Positions 40,260 to 50,505 of a stretch of 64,000 nucleotides of DNA are shown in pieces; position 1 is the stretch's first letter; each line of letters begins with the position of its first letter. The translations under genes were made by a program, and so were the position numbers. The DNA is from an uncultured bacterium. GTDB taxonomy: Bacteria; Verrucomicrobiota; Verrucomicrobiia; Limisphaerales; UBA8199. The stretch spans positions 256,001 to 320,000 of the forward strand of contig CAVVMW010000021.1 of the NCBI GenBank assembly GCA_963749495.1. Reading direction: 5' to 3'. The notes under the pieces are model-generated. The model ran no database searches. It saw only the letters and a list, made by a program, of their open reading frames with translations, and had not been told where the DNA came from.

Positions 40260-41225
40260 ATGAAAGCTCACACTCGAAGGGAATTTCTGGAACGATCTCT
40301 CACTCTTGCGGTCACCGCAACGCTTTTTGAATCAGCCACCCTCCTGCCCGGAACCGCGCGGGCGGCCCAAGCCCGGACCCAACCCATCCGCCTGGGCGGC
40401 CCGGTCTTCGATGGCGGCGACGACCCGGAGGCGCTGGCGCTCGCCCACCGAAAACTGGGCTACCGGGCCGCCTATTGTCCCAACGTCTCGCTGAAAGACA
40501 CGGACAAGCTCGGCGCCTATGCCCGGGCCTTCGCCCGGCACGATGTGGTCATCTCCAAGGTGGGCCGCTGGGTCAACCTGCTGGATGCTGATCCCCAAAA
40601 GCGCCGCCAGAACCTCCAAACCGTGACCGAGGGACTGGCCCTGGCCGAAGCCATCGGCGCCCTCTGCTGCGTGGACATCGCCGGCTCCTTCAGCACCACC
40701 TCCTGGTTCGGCCCCCATCCCGAGAACCTGACCAAGCGGTACTTCAATGCCACCGTCGAGAACGCCAGAAAGATCATCAACGCGGTAAAACCCAAGCGCG
40801 CCCACTTCACCTTCGAGGTCATGGGCTGGGCCCTGCCGGACAGCCCGGACAGCTACTTGAAGCTGATCAAGGCCATCAACCGCAAGGCCTTTGGCGTTCA
40901 CCTGGACCCCTGCAACCTGGTCAATTCGCCCGACAAATTCTATCACAACAGCGCCCTGCTCAATGAGTGCTTCGACAAGCTGGGGCGGTGGATCGTGAGC
41001 TGCCACGGCAAGGACTTGACCTGGGATGTCGAGATGAATGTCCATTTCCGCGAGGTTGTCGCCGGCACCGGTTGCCTGGATTACGCCACCTATCTCCGGC
41101 GCCTTGCCGGACTGCCTCAAAACCCGCCCCTCATGCTCGAACACCTGGCCAACGCGGAACAATACACCGCCGCCCGCACTTATGTCTTTAACGTCGGACA
41201 CAAAGCGGGGCTGAGCTTCGAGTAG
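40260..41225 (+). CDS. Sugar phosphate isomerase/epimerase TIM-barrel protein, Tat signal
   Basis: TRREFL; E...LDPCN...HGKD...MLEH metal ligands. Confidence 0.85.
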   Translation: MKAHTRREFLERSLTLAVTATLFESATLLPGTARAAQARTQPIRLGGPVFDGGDDPEALALAHRKLGYRAAYCPNVSLKDTDKLGAYARAFARHDVVISKVGRWVNLLDADPQKRRQNLQTVTEGLALAEAIGALCCVDIAGSFSTTSWFGPHPENLTKRYFNATVENARKIINAVKPKRAHFTFEVMGWALPDSPDSYLKLIKAINRKAFGVHLDPCNLVNSPDKFYHNSALLNECFDKLGRWIVSCHGKDLTWDVEMNVHFREVVAGTGCLDYATYLRRLAGLPQNPPLMLEHLANAEQYTAARTYVFNVGHKAGLSFE

Positions 41226-41393
41226 CGCTCCATCAACACCGGTCCGACCCGTCAGACCCGTGCGAGTCACTCGACACTCGAAGAGGGTCCGTCACTCGAC
41301 GGCGTGTTGGCAAGATCATTTCAGAAACCCCTCTCCTAATGATTTTGCCATCAATGATTCTGCCTTTTCTCGAAAGTGAAATGATTCTGTCTA

Positions 41394-43088
41394 TCAGCGT
41401 TTTCCCGCCCTGAGGATGAGGAGCCAATCGCCGGGTTGCGGAGTCTGGAAGCGGCAGGTCTTGCCGTCGAGCGCGGGCGCAGCGGAAATCGTGGCGCCGT
41501 TGGCGGGATTGTACCAGGCGGCGGCGGGCGCCGGGGGCAGGCTCTCGGCCGCCAACTCGACCGAGCGCTCTTCGGGGACATAGACCAGGGCGAGGTCTTT
41601 GGTTTCGGTGACGGCAGCGGCGACGAACTTATGGGGCGAGGCAGCGCCCGGCTGCGAGGCCACCGCCTTGGGTTCGGGCCGAAGGCGCCAGAAATCGATG
41701 CCGTACATGAAGTTCACCAAATGGGCCATCTGTTTGGCGCCAGCCATGAACATGGCGCGGCGCCAGAGCGGCAGGTTGCCGCCCCGGACTTTGGATTTCT
41801 CCTTGGGAAGCAACGTGTCCCAGTTGACCACACCCAGGCCGGTATAGCTGACCCCGGCCGGGGGGTTGAGCAGCTCGCTCCAATAGGCGGCGCGCCCGAC
41901 CTCGCCGGCAGTGTAGCGTTGGGTCGAGCCGGGGATAAGGGCGTTCTCGCAGGGCAGCAAGGCGATGATCGGGTGCGGCGGGAGGTTGGACCACTCCTTG
42001 GCGAAGGGACCCGTCCAGGCGCGCGCCAGGGCGCCATCGGAGAAATCGGTGATGCCTTCCAGGCCGAGGAGATCCACCCAAGGCTGATTGCGAAAGGCAT
42101 CGAGGACCTCGATGGCCGCGCCTGGGCAGACCATGACGGGCGCATGGCGGCCCTCGGAGAAGACGGCCTGGCCGATGCGTTTCCAACGGTCCACCAATCG
42201 CGGGTTGCTGCCGTCGAACGTCAGCACCCACACCACCGGGTCGGCGCCCCAGCGGGCGACCATGTAACGGACCAGCAGCGCCACCTGGTCATCGGGGAGT
42301 GAGACACCCCGCCGGTGCGGGTCCAACTCGGCCAGCGGCGCGATGGCGCTCAAGAGCCCTGCGTGGGTCAAGACCGTCAGCTTCTCATCCAGGCCCCCGA
42401 AGAACTCCGGGTTGACCGCAATCCGGTCCGGAAAACCGCCCAGCGCGGATTGGCCCTTGACGTCCTCGCCGGGGCCGGCCCCCCATTGCACGGCGGTGAA
42501 TCGCTGAGAGGCGCGCAGAATCGCATAGATTTCCCAGTTCTTCAGCTCGGCCATTCGCGCCCCATCCCACGTCGTGTCGGCCAGCCAGAAGAAGGGGGTG
42601 CCGTCGGCGTGCTCGAGGTGGTGGCCGTCCCGGGCGACTCGGGCCGGGCCGTGGGTGTGGAGGGGGTTCTTGCCGATCGCGCCGGTGCAAAGGAACTCCC
42701 CGGCCCGGTTGTGGAGGCCGTGGTTCTCTGTATCCGAGCAAACGGTCCTGAAGGTCCAGCGCCCAGGCTGATTCGGCATGAAGCGCACGCGCCAGGTCCT
42801 CTCGCCGTCCCAAAACCCATAGACCATGTTCGTCTCGCCCAACGGCGACACGAACAGCACGGTCAGCGTGGCATCCTGAAGGGCGTTGGCGTAGAGGGTC
42901 TCACTCTTGAAGACCTGCTCGAAGCGATTCCACTTGGGGACGACGGACATTGGCGGCGACTCGGTGGCCGCCGGGAGGTCCAGCGGCAGCAGCCCGAGCA
43001 GCGACAGCGAGAGGATCGCTGCCGCGCTGGCCGGCGTGTGCCGCAGGCCCGGCAGGGCAGAGGCCCGTTTGAGAACGAAGTTCGTCAT
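41394..43088 (-). CDS. DUF5060/DUF4038 (GH140/apiosidase-like) secreted protein
   Basis: GFWDGERTWRVRF, ADGTPFFWLADTTW, WYNP...DWLL C-terminus. Confidence 0.85.
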   Translation of the reverse strand: MTNFVLKRASALPGLRHTPASAAAILSLSLLGLLPLDLPAATESPPMSVVPKWNRFEQVFKSETLYANALQDATLTVLFVSPLGETNMVYGFWDGERTWRVRFMPNQPGRWTFRTVCSDTENHGLHNRAGEFLCTGAIGKNPLHTHGPARVARDGHHLEHADGTPFFWLADTTWDGARMAELKNWEIYAILRASQRFTAVQWGAGPGEDVKGQSALGGFPDRIAVNPEFFGGLDEKLTVLTHAGLLSAIAPLAELDPHRRGVSLPDDQVALLVRYMVARWGADPVVWVLTFDGSNPRLVDRWKRIGQAVFSEGRHAPVMVCPGAAIEVLDAFRNQPWVDLLGLEGITDFSDGALARAWTGPFAKEWSNLPPHPIIALLPCENALIPGSTQRYTAGEVGRAAYWSELLNPPAGVSYTGLGVVNWDTLLPKEKSKVRGGNLPLWRRAMFMAGAKQMAHLVNFMYGIDFWRLRPEPKAVASQPGAASPHKFVAAAVTETKDLALVYVPEERSVELAAESLPPAPAAAWYNPANGATISAAPALDGKTCRFQTPQPGDWLLILRAGKR

Positions 43089-43192
43089 ATCGATTCCTTT
43101 CGATTGATCCTGCGCGCATGAGACAACAAAGCGGACGCCCTGTCAATGCCCCTGGGTGAAAACCAGGGCCCAGGGGCGGGGCGCCCGATCCC

Positions 43193-43300
43193 AAACCTTT
43201 GTCGCGGCCTTTGTCGCAGCCTTTGTCGAGGCATGGCTAACGCGACAAAGGTTGCGACAAAGGTTGCGACAAAGGTTGCGACAAAGGTTGCGACAAAGGT
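43193..43300. repeat. Inverted pair of 12-bp tandem arrays
   Basis: (CCTTTGTCGCRG)x~3, spacer, (GCGACAAAGGTT)x~5. Confidence 0.88.
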
Positions 43301-43410
43301 CAGGAAAAAGGCCCATGGAGGTCCTCTTTGGCAAACGCCAGACTGGCGAAATTCCCAGATTGGGTTATCAGTAGGATCATGGTTCGTGGTACAAGAACAA
43401 CGGTCAATTC

Positions 43411-44994
43411 ATGAATGACTCTTTGAAAACGCGTTGGGCCCGCTGGCCTTGGCCCGGGGCGTCCGGGCTGGCCCTGGCGCTGGCGCTCGGGCTGGCCCTG
43501 CCCCTTGGCGCGGCGCAGGGCACCTCGGCAAAGACGCAAACCCAGAACCCGCCGGCCAATCTCAACATCGATGACTCCCCGCCGCCCCGTGACGCGCGGG
43601 CCGGCCTGAGCTTCGCCCCGGTGGTCAAAAAGGTGGCGCCCAGCGTCGTCAACATCTACTCGACAACCACCGTCCACGAGCGGGGTTTGCCCGGGACACT
43701 GTTCAACGACCCCCTGTTGCGCCGGTTCTTTGGCGAACATTTCGGCATGAATGACCAGCCGCGCTCTCACCAGGAGCAGGGCCTTGGCTCGGGCGTCATT
43801 GTCTCGGCCGACGGCTACATCCTCACCGCCAACCACATCGTCAATGGCGCCGATACCGTGAAGGTGGCTTTGGCGACGGGGGAGCAGGAGTTCGACGCCA
43901 AAGTCATCGGCACCGACCCCGCGACAGACGTGGCCGTGCTGCGGATCGAGTCCCGGAAACCGCTGCCGGCCATCACGCTGGGCGACAGCGACAAGCTCGA
44001 AGTCGGGGACGTGGTGCTGGCCCTGGGCAACCCCTTCGCCGTCGGCCAGACTGTCACCATGGGCATTGTCAGCGGCTTGGGACGCGGCGGCTTCGGCACC
44101 ACCGGCTACGAGGATTTCATCCAGACCGATGCGGCGATCAACCCAGGCAATTCCGGCGGGGCGCTGGTGGATTCGCAAGGCCGGCTGGTCGGCATCAACA
44201 CGGCCATCCTCACCCGCAGCGGCGGCTACCAGGGCGTCGGTTTCGCTGTCCCGATCAACATGGCCCGGTTCGTCATGGACATGCTCATCCGCGAGGGGCG
44301 GGTGACGCGCGGCTTCCTGGGCGTGTATCTCCAGACACTCACGCCTGCCCTGGCCCGGAACCTCGACTTGCCCGAGGACACCACGGGCGTGCTGGTTGGG
44401 GGCGTCAACCAGAACAGCCCTGCCGAAAAGGCCGGCATCCAAAACGGCGATGTCATTACCGAACTCAATGGCCGAAAAATGTCGGAGCGCCGCAATCTGC
44501 GGCTCCTGGTCGCCCAGACCCCGCCGGGCACCAAGGTCACGTTGCGGCTCTTGCGCGCCAGGCCCGGCCACGAGCCGGCCCAGCACACCCTGACGGCAAA
44601 ACTGGGCGAACTGCCCTCCGAGGCCCTGGCCGCCATGGGCGGCGCGCACCCCGCCCCCAAACCCCGAGGCCAGTCCAAGCTCGATGCCCTCAACGGCGTC
44701 GAGGTGACCGACCTGGATGCGCGCGTGCGCCGCCAGTTCGATCTCCCCGCCACCCTCCGCGGCGCCCTCGTGGTCAGTGTCGAGCAGGACTCCAATGCCG
44801 CCGAGGCCGGGCTGCACCCCGGCAACGTCCTCCTCGAAATCGATAAGCAACCGGTCGCCGACGCCGATGCCGCCATCCGGTTGAGCGACAAGGCCAAGGG
44901 CGAGCAGATGCTGCTCAGGGTCTGGAGCGGGGCCGAAGATGGCGGGTCCGCCGGCACACGTTATCTGGTGGTGGACAACATCAAACATAAGTGA
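43411..44994 (+). CDS. HtrA/DegP (Do family) serine protease, two PDZ domains
   Basis: GSGVI, TANH, IQTDAAINPGNSGGAL. Confidence 0.96.
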   Translation: MNDSLKTRWARWPWPGASGLALALALGLALPLGAAQGTSAKTQTQNPPANLNIDDSPPPRDARAGLSFAPVVKKVAPSVVNIYSTTTVHERGLPGTLFNDPLLRRFFGEHFGMNDQPRSHQEQGLGSGVIVSADGYILTANHIVNGADTVKVALATGEQEFDAKVIGTDPATDVAVLRIESRKPLPAITLGDSDKLEVGDVVLALGNPFAVGQTVTMGIVSGLGRGGFGTTGYEDFIQTDAAINPGNSGGALVDSQGRLVGINTAILTRSGGYQGVGFAVPINMARFVMDMLIREGRVTRGFLGVYLQTLTPALARNLDLPEDTTGVLVGGVNQNSPAEKAGIQNGDVITELNGRKMSERRNLRLLVAQTPPGTKVTLRLLRARPGHEPAQHTLTAKLGELPSEALAAMGGAHPAPKPRGQSKLDALNGVEVTDLDARVRRQFDLPATLRGALVVSVEQDSNAAEAGLHPGNVLLEIDKQPVADADAAIRLSDKAKGEQMLLRVWSGAEDGGSAGTRYLVVDNIKHK

Positions 44995-45000
44995 TACCGC

Positions 45001-45384
45001 ATGACATTGACATGGAGCCTGGTTACCAAGCACATCCGCCCCCACGGGCAGTTGCACAACAAACTCCAGCGGAAGATCGCCAAGCTCGAGGCCCACTTGG
45101 AGCATTTCCCCCAGGACGCCGTCCACCTGCAGGTCAACCTCTCCCGGCACCCCAGGAAGCTTTGGTTCACCGCCGCGCTGACCCTGCGGTTGCCCTCCAA
45201 TATCCTGCGCGCGCAAAAATCGGGTGAGGACCCCGTCCCGGCCTTCGACCAGGCCGTCAAGGCCCTCTTGCGCGAGGTCGCTGTCCTCAAGTCCGCCCTG
45301 CGCCGCGAATACCAGTGGCAGCACCCCGCCAAGTCCCTGGCCATCCCCAGCGTCCCCGCCCCGCTCGTGCAGGGCCGGGTCTGA
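45001..45384 (+). CDS. HPF/RaiA family ribosome-associated protein
   Basis: KIAKLE...L.LP..ILRA...AFDQAVKAL pattern. Confidence 0.7.
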   Translation: MTLTWSLVTKHIRPHGQLHNKLQRKIAKLEAHLEHFPQDAVHLQVNLSRHPRKLWFTAALTLRLPSNILRAQKSGEDPVPAFDQAVKALLREVAVLKSALRREYQWQHPAKSLAIPSVPAPLVQGRV

Positions 45385-45587
45385 GGGAAAAGGCTAAAGG
45401 CTAAAGGCTATCCATCCTCCGTAGCAGTGCTACTGCGGAGGACGGAAAGGCTAAAGGAAGACGGCGGCGACCGCAGAGGGCGGGAGCAAGAAGGGAGCGC
45501 GGGCGGCCTGCCACCGCGTTGCGGGGCAGACCCCTCAGCCCGGCCCTGCCTCTCCACCTTCACTGAGGCCTGACTGACTTCCATTGC

Positions 45588-45711
45588 GGACTGTGGACTG
45601 TGGACCGTGGATTGTGGACCGTGGACTGTGGACTGTGGACTCTGGACTGTGGACCGTGGACTGTGGACTGTGGACTGTGGACTGTGGACTGTGGACTGTG
45701 GACTGTGGACT
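45588..45711. repeat. Heptamer VNTR (GGACTGT)n, about 17 units
   Basis: Near-perfect tandem array just upstream of the DnaJ-like gene. Confidence 0.95.
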
Positions 45712-45748
45712 TTAGGTGCGCTATACTCGGCTCGAAACAGAGGGTGAT

Positions 45749-46804
45749 ATGCCCGTGAAATACAAAGATTACTATCAGGCCTTGGGTGTCGCGCGCAACG
45801 CCAGCGATGACGAGATCAAGAAGGCCTTTCGCAAACTGGCGCGCCAGTATCATCCGGACGTGGCCAAGAACAAGAAACAGGCCGAGGAGAAATTCAAGGA
45901 GATCAACGAGGCCTACGAGGTGTTGGGCGATGCGCCCAAGCGCAAGCGCTACGATGAACTGGGGCCGGACTGGAATTCGGGCGCCGGCTTCCGCCCGCCG
46001 CCCGGCTGGCAATCCGGCCAGGGCGGTTTCCGGAGCCAGGGGCCCGGCGGCCCGGACTCCGAGTTCCAGTTTGGCGGCACCGGTTTCAGCGATTTCTTCG
46101 AGCACGTCTTCGGGTCCCGGGGCGGGCGCGGGCGGAGGGGCCCGGCCTGGCAGGGCGGCTTTGCCGAAGACGACCTGGCCGTGGAGCGGGGACAGGACAT
46201 GGAGGGCAACCTGTTGGTCACACTGGAAGAGGCCATGAGAGGCTCTTTGCGGACGGTGTCGGCGCGCCACACTGTTCCATGCGGTGAGTGCGGCGGCACC
46301 GGCGCCCGCGCCCGCATGGCCTGCCGCGCCTGCGGCGGCACCGGCCAGGTGGCCAAGACCGACACCTACCAGGTCAAGATTCCCCCAGGCGTCACCGAAG
46401 GCCAGCGCCTGCGCGTGGCCGGGCGCGGCCAAGCCGGCGCGGGCGGCGCCGCCCCCGGCAACCTCTACCTGCGCGTCCGCCTGGCCAAACACCCCGATTT
46501 CACGGTCGAAAACCACAACCTCATTTACGAAGCCAGCCTCGCCCCCTGGGAAGCCGTGCTGGGCGCGAAGATCGCCGTGCCGACGCTTAACGGCGGCATC
46601 AGCATCCGCATCCCGCCCGGCACTCAGAATGGGCAAAGACTGCGCGTGCGCGGCCGCGGCCTGCCCCAGCGCGCCGGCGGCGGCGACTTGATCGTCGTCG
46701 CGCGCATCGAAGTGCCCGAGCGGGTCTCCGACTCCGAACGCAAGCTCTGGGAGCAACTGGCCCGCGAGTCGCGATTCGACCCCAGGGGAGTTAGTGGTCA
46801 GTAG
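45749..46804 (+). CDS. DnaJ/CbpA-type J-domain chaperone
   Basis: DYY..LGV, HPD, FSDFF, two CxxCxGxG, C-terminal DnaJ domain. Confidence 0.94.
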   Translation: MPVKYKDYYQALGVARNASDDEIKKAFRKLARQYHPDVAKNKKQAEEKFKEINEAYEVLGDAPKRKRYDELGPDWNSGAGFRPPPGWQSGQGGFRSQGPGGPDSEFQFGGTGFSDFFEHVFGSRGGRGRRGPAWQGGFAEDDLAVERGQDMEGNLLVTLEEAMRGSLRTVSARHTVPCGECGGTGARARMACRACGGTGQVAKTDTYQVKIPPGVTEGQRLRVAGRGQAGAGGAAPGNLYLRVRLAKHPDFTVENHNLIYEASLAPWEAVLGAKIAVPTLNGGISIRIPPGTQNGQRLRVRGRGLPQRAGGGDLIVVARIEVPERVSDSERKLWEQLARESRFDPRGVSGQ

Positions 46805-46861
46805 TCTTCGGAATCCCGCGTTGGGACCACGAACCGGACGGGCCTCGCCTGGCGCGAAGCG

Positions 46862-46939
46862 TTTTGGACTGCGCCAGTCCTCTGGCGCTTTTTGGAACCA
46901 GGGGACGCGAAAGCGCCAGAGGACTGGCGCAGTCCAAAA
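46862..46939. repeat. Palindromic repeat family A
   Basis: 78-bp palindrome. Confidence 0.9.
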
Positions 46940-47092
46940 CCTTGCGGGCTTCCCGACGCGGCGCTCCAATTGCCTGGCTTGCCGAGGGCCGACAAAGGTG
47001 AGATGCGCCCGGGCGCATCCCCCCTGCACGATTTTGATTGCTCCCAATCATCCCGATGCTATAATCGGTCAAATTCGATCACGTACTGAGAC

Positions 47093-47872
47093 ATGCCCGA
47101 TCTGGACGGAAGAGCCCTGGCGCCGCAGCGGTGGAACGACCTGCGCGCCTTGATTCGCGACAGCGGCGTCATCCGCGTCGAGGACCTTTGCCGCCGGCTG
47201 GGGGTCTCGGCCGCCACGGTGCGGCGGGACCTGGACCAACTGGAGCGCAGCGGCTCCATCCGCCGCGTCCATGGCGGCGCGGTCAGCGTCGAGAGCCGCC
47301 TGGATGAGCCGGTCTTCGAGGACAAGACCTCGCTGGCCGTGCGCGAGAAACGGCGGATTGCCGAGGCGGCGGCGGGCCTCATCGAGCCGGGTGACACGAT
47401 CTACCTGGACGGCGGCAGCACGGTGCTGGAGTTGGCGCGCCTGCTCCGCGAGCGGACCCGTCTGACCGTCGTCACCAACTCCCTGCACGCCGCCTATGAA
47501 CTGGCAGGCCGCGGGCCCCGCCTCATCGTCATCGGCGGCGAGTTGCGGCGGCTGAGCCAGACGCTGGTCGGCCCCCTCACGCGCCTGGTGCTGGAGGGGC
47601 TGCACCTGGACAAGGCCTTCATGGGGACGATCGGCTTCGCCCTCGGGCAGGGCCTCACCACGACGGACCCGAGCGAGGCCTTTACAAAACAACTCGTCAG
47701 CGCCCATGCCCGCCAGGTCATTCTGCTGGCCGACAGCTCCAAGGCGGGCAAGGTCTCCTTCGCCTCCGCCGGCAACTGGGAGAGCATCCACGTGCTGATT
47801 ACCGACAAGCAGATCGAAAAGAGTTTCGCTCGAGACCTCGCGGCCAGAGGGATCAAAATCGTGCGAGCGTGA
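47093..47872 (+). CDS. DeoR/GlpR family transcriptional regulator
   Basis: VSAATVRRDL, RVHGGA, LDGGST, VTNS, ADSSK. Confidence 0.95.
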   Translation: MPDLDGRALAPQRWNDLRALIRDSGVIRVEDLCRRLGVSAATVRRDLDQLERSGSIRRVHGGAVSVESRLDEPVFEDKTSLAVREKRRIAEAAAGLIEPGDTIYLDGGSTVLELARLLRERTRLTVVTNSLHAAYELAGRGPRLIVIGGELRRLSQTLVGPLTRLVLEGLHLDKAFMGTIGFALGQGLTTTDPSEAFTKQLVSAHARQVILLADSSKAGKVSFASAGNWESIHVLITDKQIEKSFARDLAARGIKIVRA

Positions 47873-47892
47873 AAAATCACTGCACACTACCC

Positions 47893-50193
47893 ATGACAAA
47901 ATCACCTGTCTATTTGAGCAATTCGCGGCCGAAGTTCACCCCGTTCGAGATTGACTGCGGGCGCATCCCGGCCTACCGCTACGCCGGCAAGCTCGAGAGC
48001 GAGCTCAAGGCCGGGACTATCACGCCCGCCGAGGCGGTGGCCTTGCTGGAGGACATGCTGGTCATCCGCGAATTCGAGGAGATGATCGTCAAACTGCGTT
48101 CGGGGGCCTATGAACCCATCCGGGGGTTTAACTATCGGGGCCCGACCCACGTGTCGGTCGGCCAGGAAGGGACAGCGGCCGGGGCGTGCTCGGCACTGCG
48201 ATTGGCCGACAACATCACCAGCACCCACCGCGGGCACGGCGAGAGCCTGGCCAAGGGCACCGTCGCCTTGCGCCAGATGACCGATGAGCAACTGCGCCGG
48301 CGCGTGCCCGAGTGCCAGGCCGCGCGTCGCGAGGAACTGCTGGAGGCCGCCCTCGAACGACACGTCTATCGCACCATTTGCGAACTCTTCGGCAAGGACG
48401 ACGGTTATTGCCGCGGGCGCGGCGGCTCCATGCACATCGCCGATTTCAGCGTCGGCCATCTCGGGGCCAACGCCATCGTCGGCGGCGGCGTGCCGATCGC
48501 CACCGGCGCCGCGCTGGCCAACCGCTACCTGGAGCGCGGCAGCGTGGTCTGCTGCTTCGCGGGCGACGGGGCCTTCGCCAACGGCGTCGTGCTGGAGGCC
48601 CTGAATTTCGCCGCCCAAGCCCAGTTCACCAATCACCTGGCCGAGGGCCGCAAAGGGGGCCTGCCAATCGTGTTCCTGGTGTGCAACAACCATTACGGGA
48701 TGACCGGACGGTGCGATGACGAGGTGATGGGGGTCGAGCGCATTGCGCGCCGGGCGGCCGGGTTCGCCACCAACAACATGCACGCCGAGGTCGTCAACGG
48801 CATGAACGTGCTGGCCGTGCGCGAGGGGGTCGGGCGCGCCGTGGGCCTCTGCCGCCAGGGACAGGGCCCCGTGCTCCTGGACGTGGATTGCTACCGCTAT
48901 TGGGGCCACTCGCTGAGCGACCCGCGCAATGAGTACCGCACCCGCGAGGAAGAGGCGGCCTGGCGCGCCGCCGACGCCATCCAGGCCTACAAGCAGGAGT
49001 TGCTCGAGGCCAAGGCGCTCGATGCCGCCGGCATCGCCGCGGTGGAACGGCGTGTCGCCGAGCGCAACGCGCGCGCCGCCAAGCGCGCCGCCGCCGCCGC
49101 CGACCCTGCGCCCGAGGAGGTCCTCACCTTCATGTACACCGACACGAAGTGCGAGACCGTGCCGGCCGAATCTGCCGGCGCTGCCCTGGTGGGCCCGCTG
49201 CCGGAGATCAAGCGGGCCAACGGCGAACTGACTTACAAGGACGCCCTCAAGGAGGCACTGGTCCAAGAGATGCTCCGCGACAAGCGGGTGATCTTCTATG
49301 GCGAGGACGTGGCGGACTACGGCGGGGCCTTCAAAGTGACCAAGGGCCTGCTGGAGGCCTTCGGACGCGACCGCGTCTTTAACACGCCGATCAGCGAGGC
49401 CTGCATCTGCGGCACCGCCTGCGGCGCCGCCATGAACGGCCTCCGGCCCGTGGTCGAGTTGATGTACTTCGATTTCGCGCTGATGTCGTCCGACCAGATC
49501 AGCAACCAGGCGGCCAAGTGGCACTACATGAGCGGCGCTCAGACCGAAGTGCCGCTGGTCATCCGCGCCTCCGCCGGCGCGGGCAAGGGCTACGGCGGCC
49601 AGCACTCCCAGACACTCGAATCGGTCTTCTGCCACATCCCCGGGCTCTACGTGGTTTATCCCGCAACGCCTTACGACGCCAAGGGCCTGCTCAAGGCGGC
49701 CATCCGGGACAATAACCCCGTCCTGTTCGTCGAGTCCCAGGCCCTCTACGGCATGAAAGGGCCGGTGCCGGAAGGCGACTACGTGGTGCCGCTGGGCGTG
49801 GCGGAGGTCCGGCGGCCGGGCGCCGACCTCACGCTGGTGGCCTGGGGCCCGGTGGTCCACGATTGCCTCAAGGCCGCCGACCAGCTCCAGGCTGAACGCG
49901 GCGTCAGCGCCGAGGTCATCGACCTGCGCTGCCTGGTCCCGCTGGACCTCCAGACCGTCTTGCGCTCGGTCCAAAAGACCGGCCGTTGCATCGTTGCCAG
50001 CCAGGCGGTCAACATTGGCAGCTACACGGCCGAGATTGCCTCGACCATCCAGGACGAGGCCTTCGACTACTTGGACGCCCCAGTCAAACGGGTTGGCGCC
50101 AAAAACGGCATCGCCCCCCAATCATACATCCTGGAGGCCGCGTTTCTCCCCAACGCAAACGACATCGTCGCTGCAGCGGCTGCTATCCTTTGA
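47893..50193 (+). CDS. Fused E1 alpha/beta ThDP-dependent dehydrogenase (pyruvate/acetoin dehydrogenase-like)
   Basis: GQEG, HRGHG, GRGGSMH, GDG...NN, YRYWGHS, GEDV, TPISE, QHSQ. Confidence 0.93.
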   Translation: MTKSPVYLSNSRPKFTPFEIDCGRIPAYRYAGKLESELKAGTITPAEAVALLEDMLVIREFEEMIVKLRSGAYEPIRGFNYRGPTHVSVGQEGTAAGACSALRLADNITSTHRGHGESLAKGTVALRQMTDEQLRRRVPECQAARREELLEAALERHVYRTICELFGKDDGYCRGRGGSMHIADFSVGHLGANAIVGGGVPIATGAALANRYLERGSVVCCFAGDGAFANGVVLEALNFAAQAQFTNHLAEGRKGGLPIVFLVCNNHYGMTGRCDDEVMGVERIARRAAGFATNNMHAEVVNGMNVLAVREGVGRAVGLCRQGQGPVLLDVDCYRYWGHSLSDPRNEYRTREEEAAWRAADAIQAYKQELLEAKALDAAGIAAVERRVAERNARAAKRAAAAADPAPEEVLTFMYTDTKCETVPAESAGAALVGPLPEIKRANGELTYKDALKEALVQEMLRDKRVIFYGEDVADYGGAFKVTKGLLEAFGRDRVFNTPISEACICGTACGAAMNGLRPVVELMYFDFALMSSDQISNQAAKWHYMSGAQTEVPLVIRASAGAGKGYGGQHSQTLESVFCHIPGLYVVYPATPYDAKGLLKAAIRDNNPVLFVESQALYGMKGPVPEGDYVVPLGVAEVRRPGADLTLVAWGPVVHDCLKAADQLQAERGVSAEVIDLRCLVPLDLQTVLRSVQKTGRCIVASQAVNIGSYTAEIASTIQDEAFDYLDAPVKRVGAKNGIAPQSYILEAAFLPNANDIVAAAAAIL

Positions 50194-50259
50194 GCGAAAA
50201 AGCTACGTATGACCACCCACCGATGCCCTCGCCGGTTGCAAGGAGCCCCTTCTCCTCAC

Positions 50260-50467
50260 CGCGTAGCGGTGCCTGAAGGTAGCCGTGGACTTCCAGTCCA
50301 CGGAACCCTGGCCCAGCATTACTCGCGTCGCGTAGCAACGCCTGAAAACGGGGTCCGAGTCGACAGCACGAAGGCATCGGGCGTCGCTACGCGACGCATT
50401 GCTTGCTTCGCTCGGCAAACCGTGGACTTCCAGTCCACGGCTACCATCACTGCGTCGCTACGCGACG
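50260..50467. repeat. Multi-palindrome repeat element
   Basis: Two CCGTGGACTTCCAGTCCACGG and CGTCGCGTAGC/GCTACGCGACG units in inverted arrangement. Confidence 0.85.
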
Positions 50468-50505
50468 CACAGCCAAACCGCGCCCCGGAACACTTCTGAC
50501 CTCCC

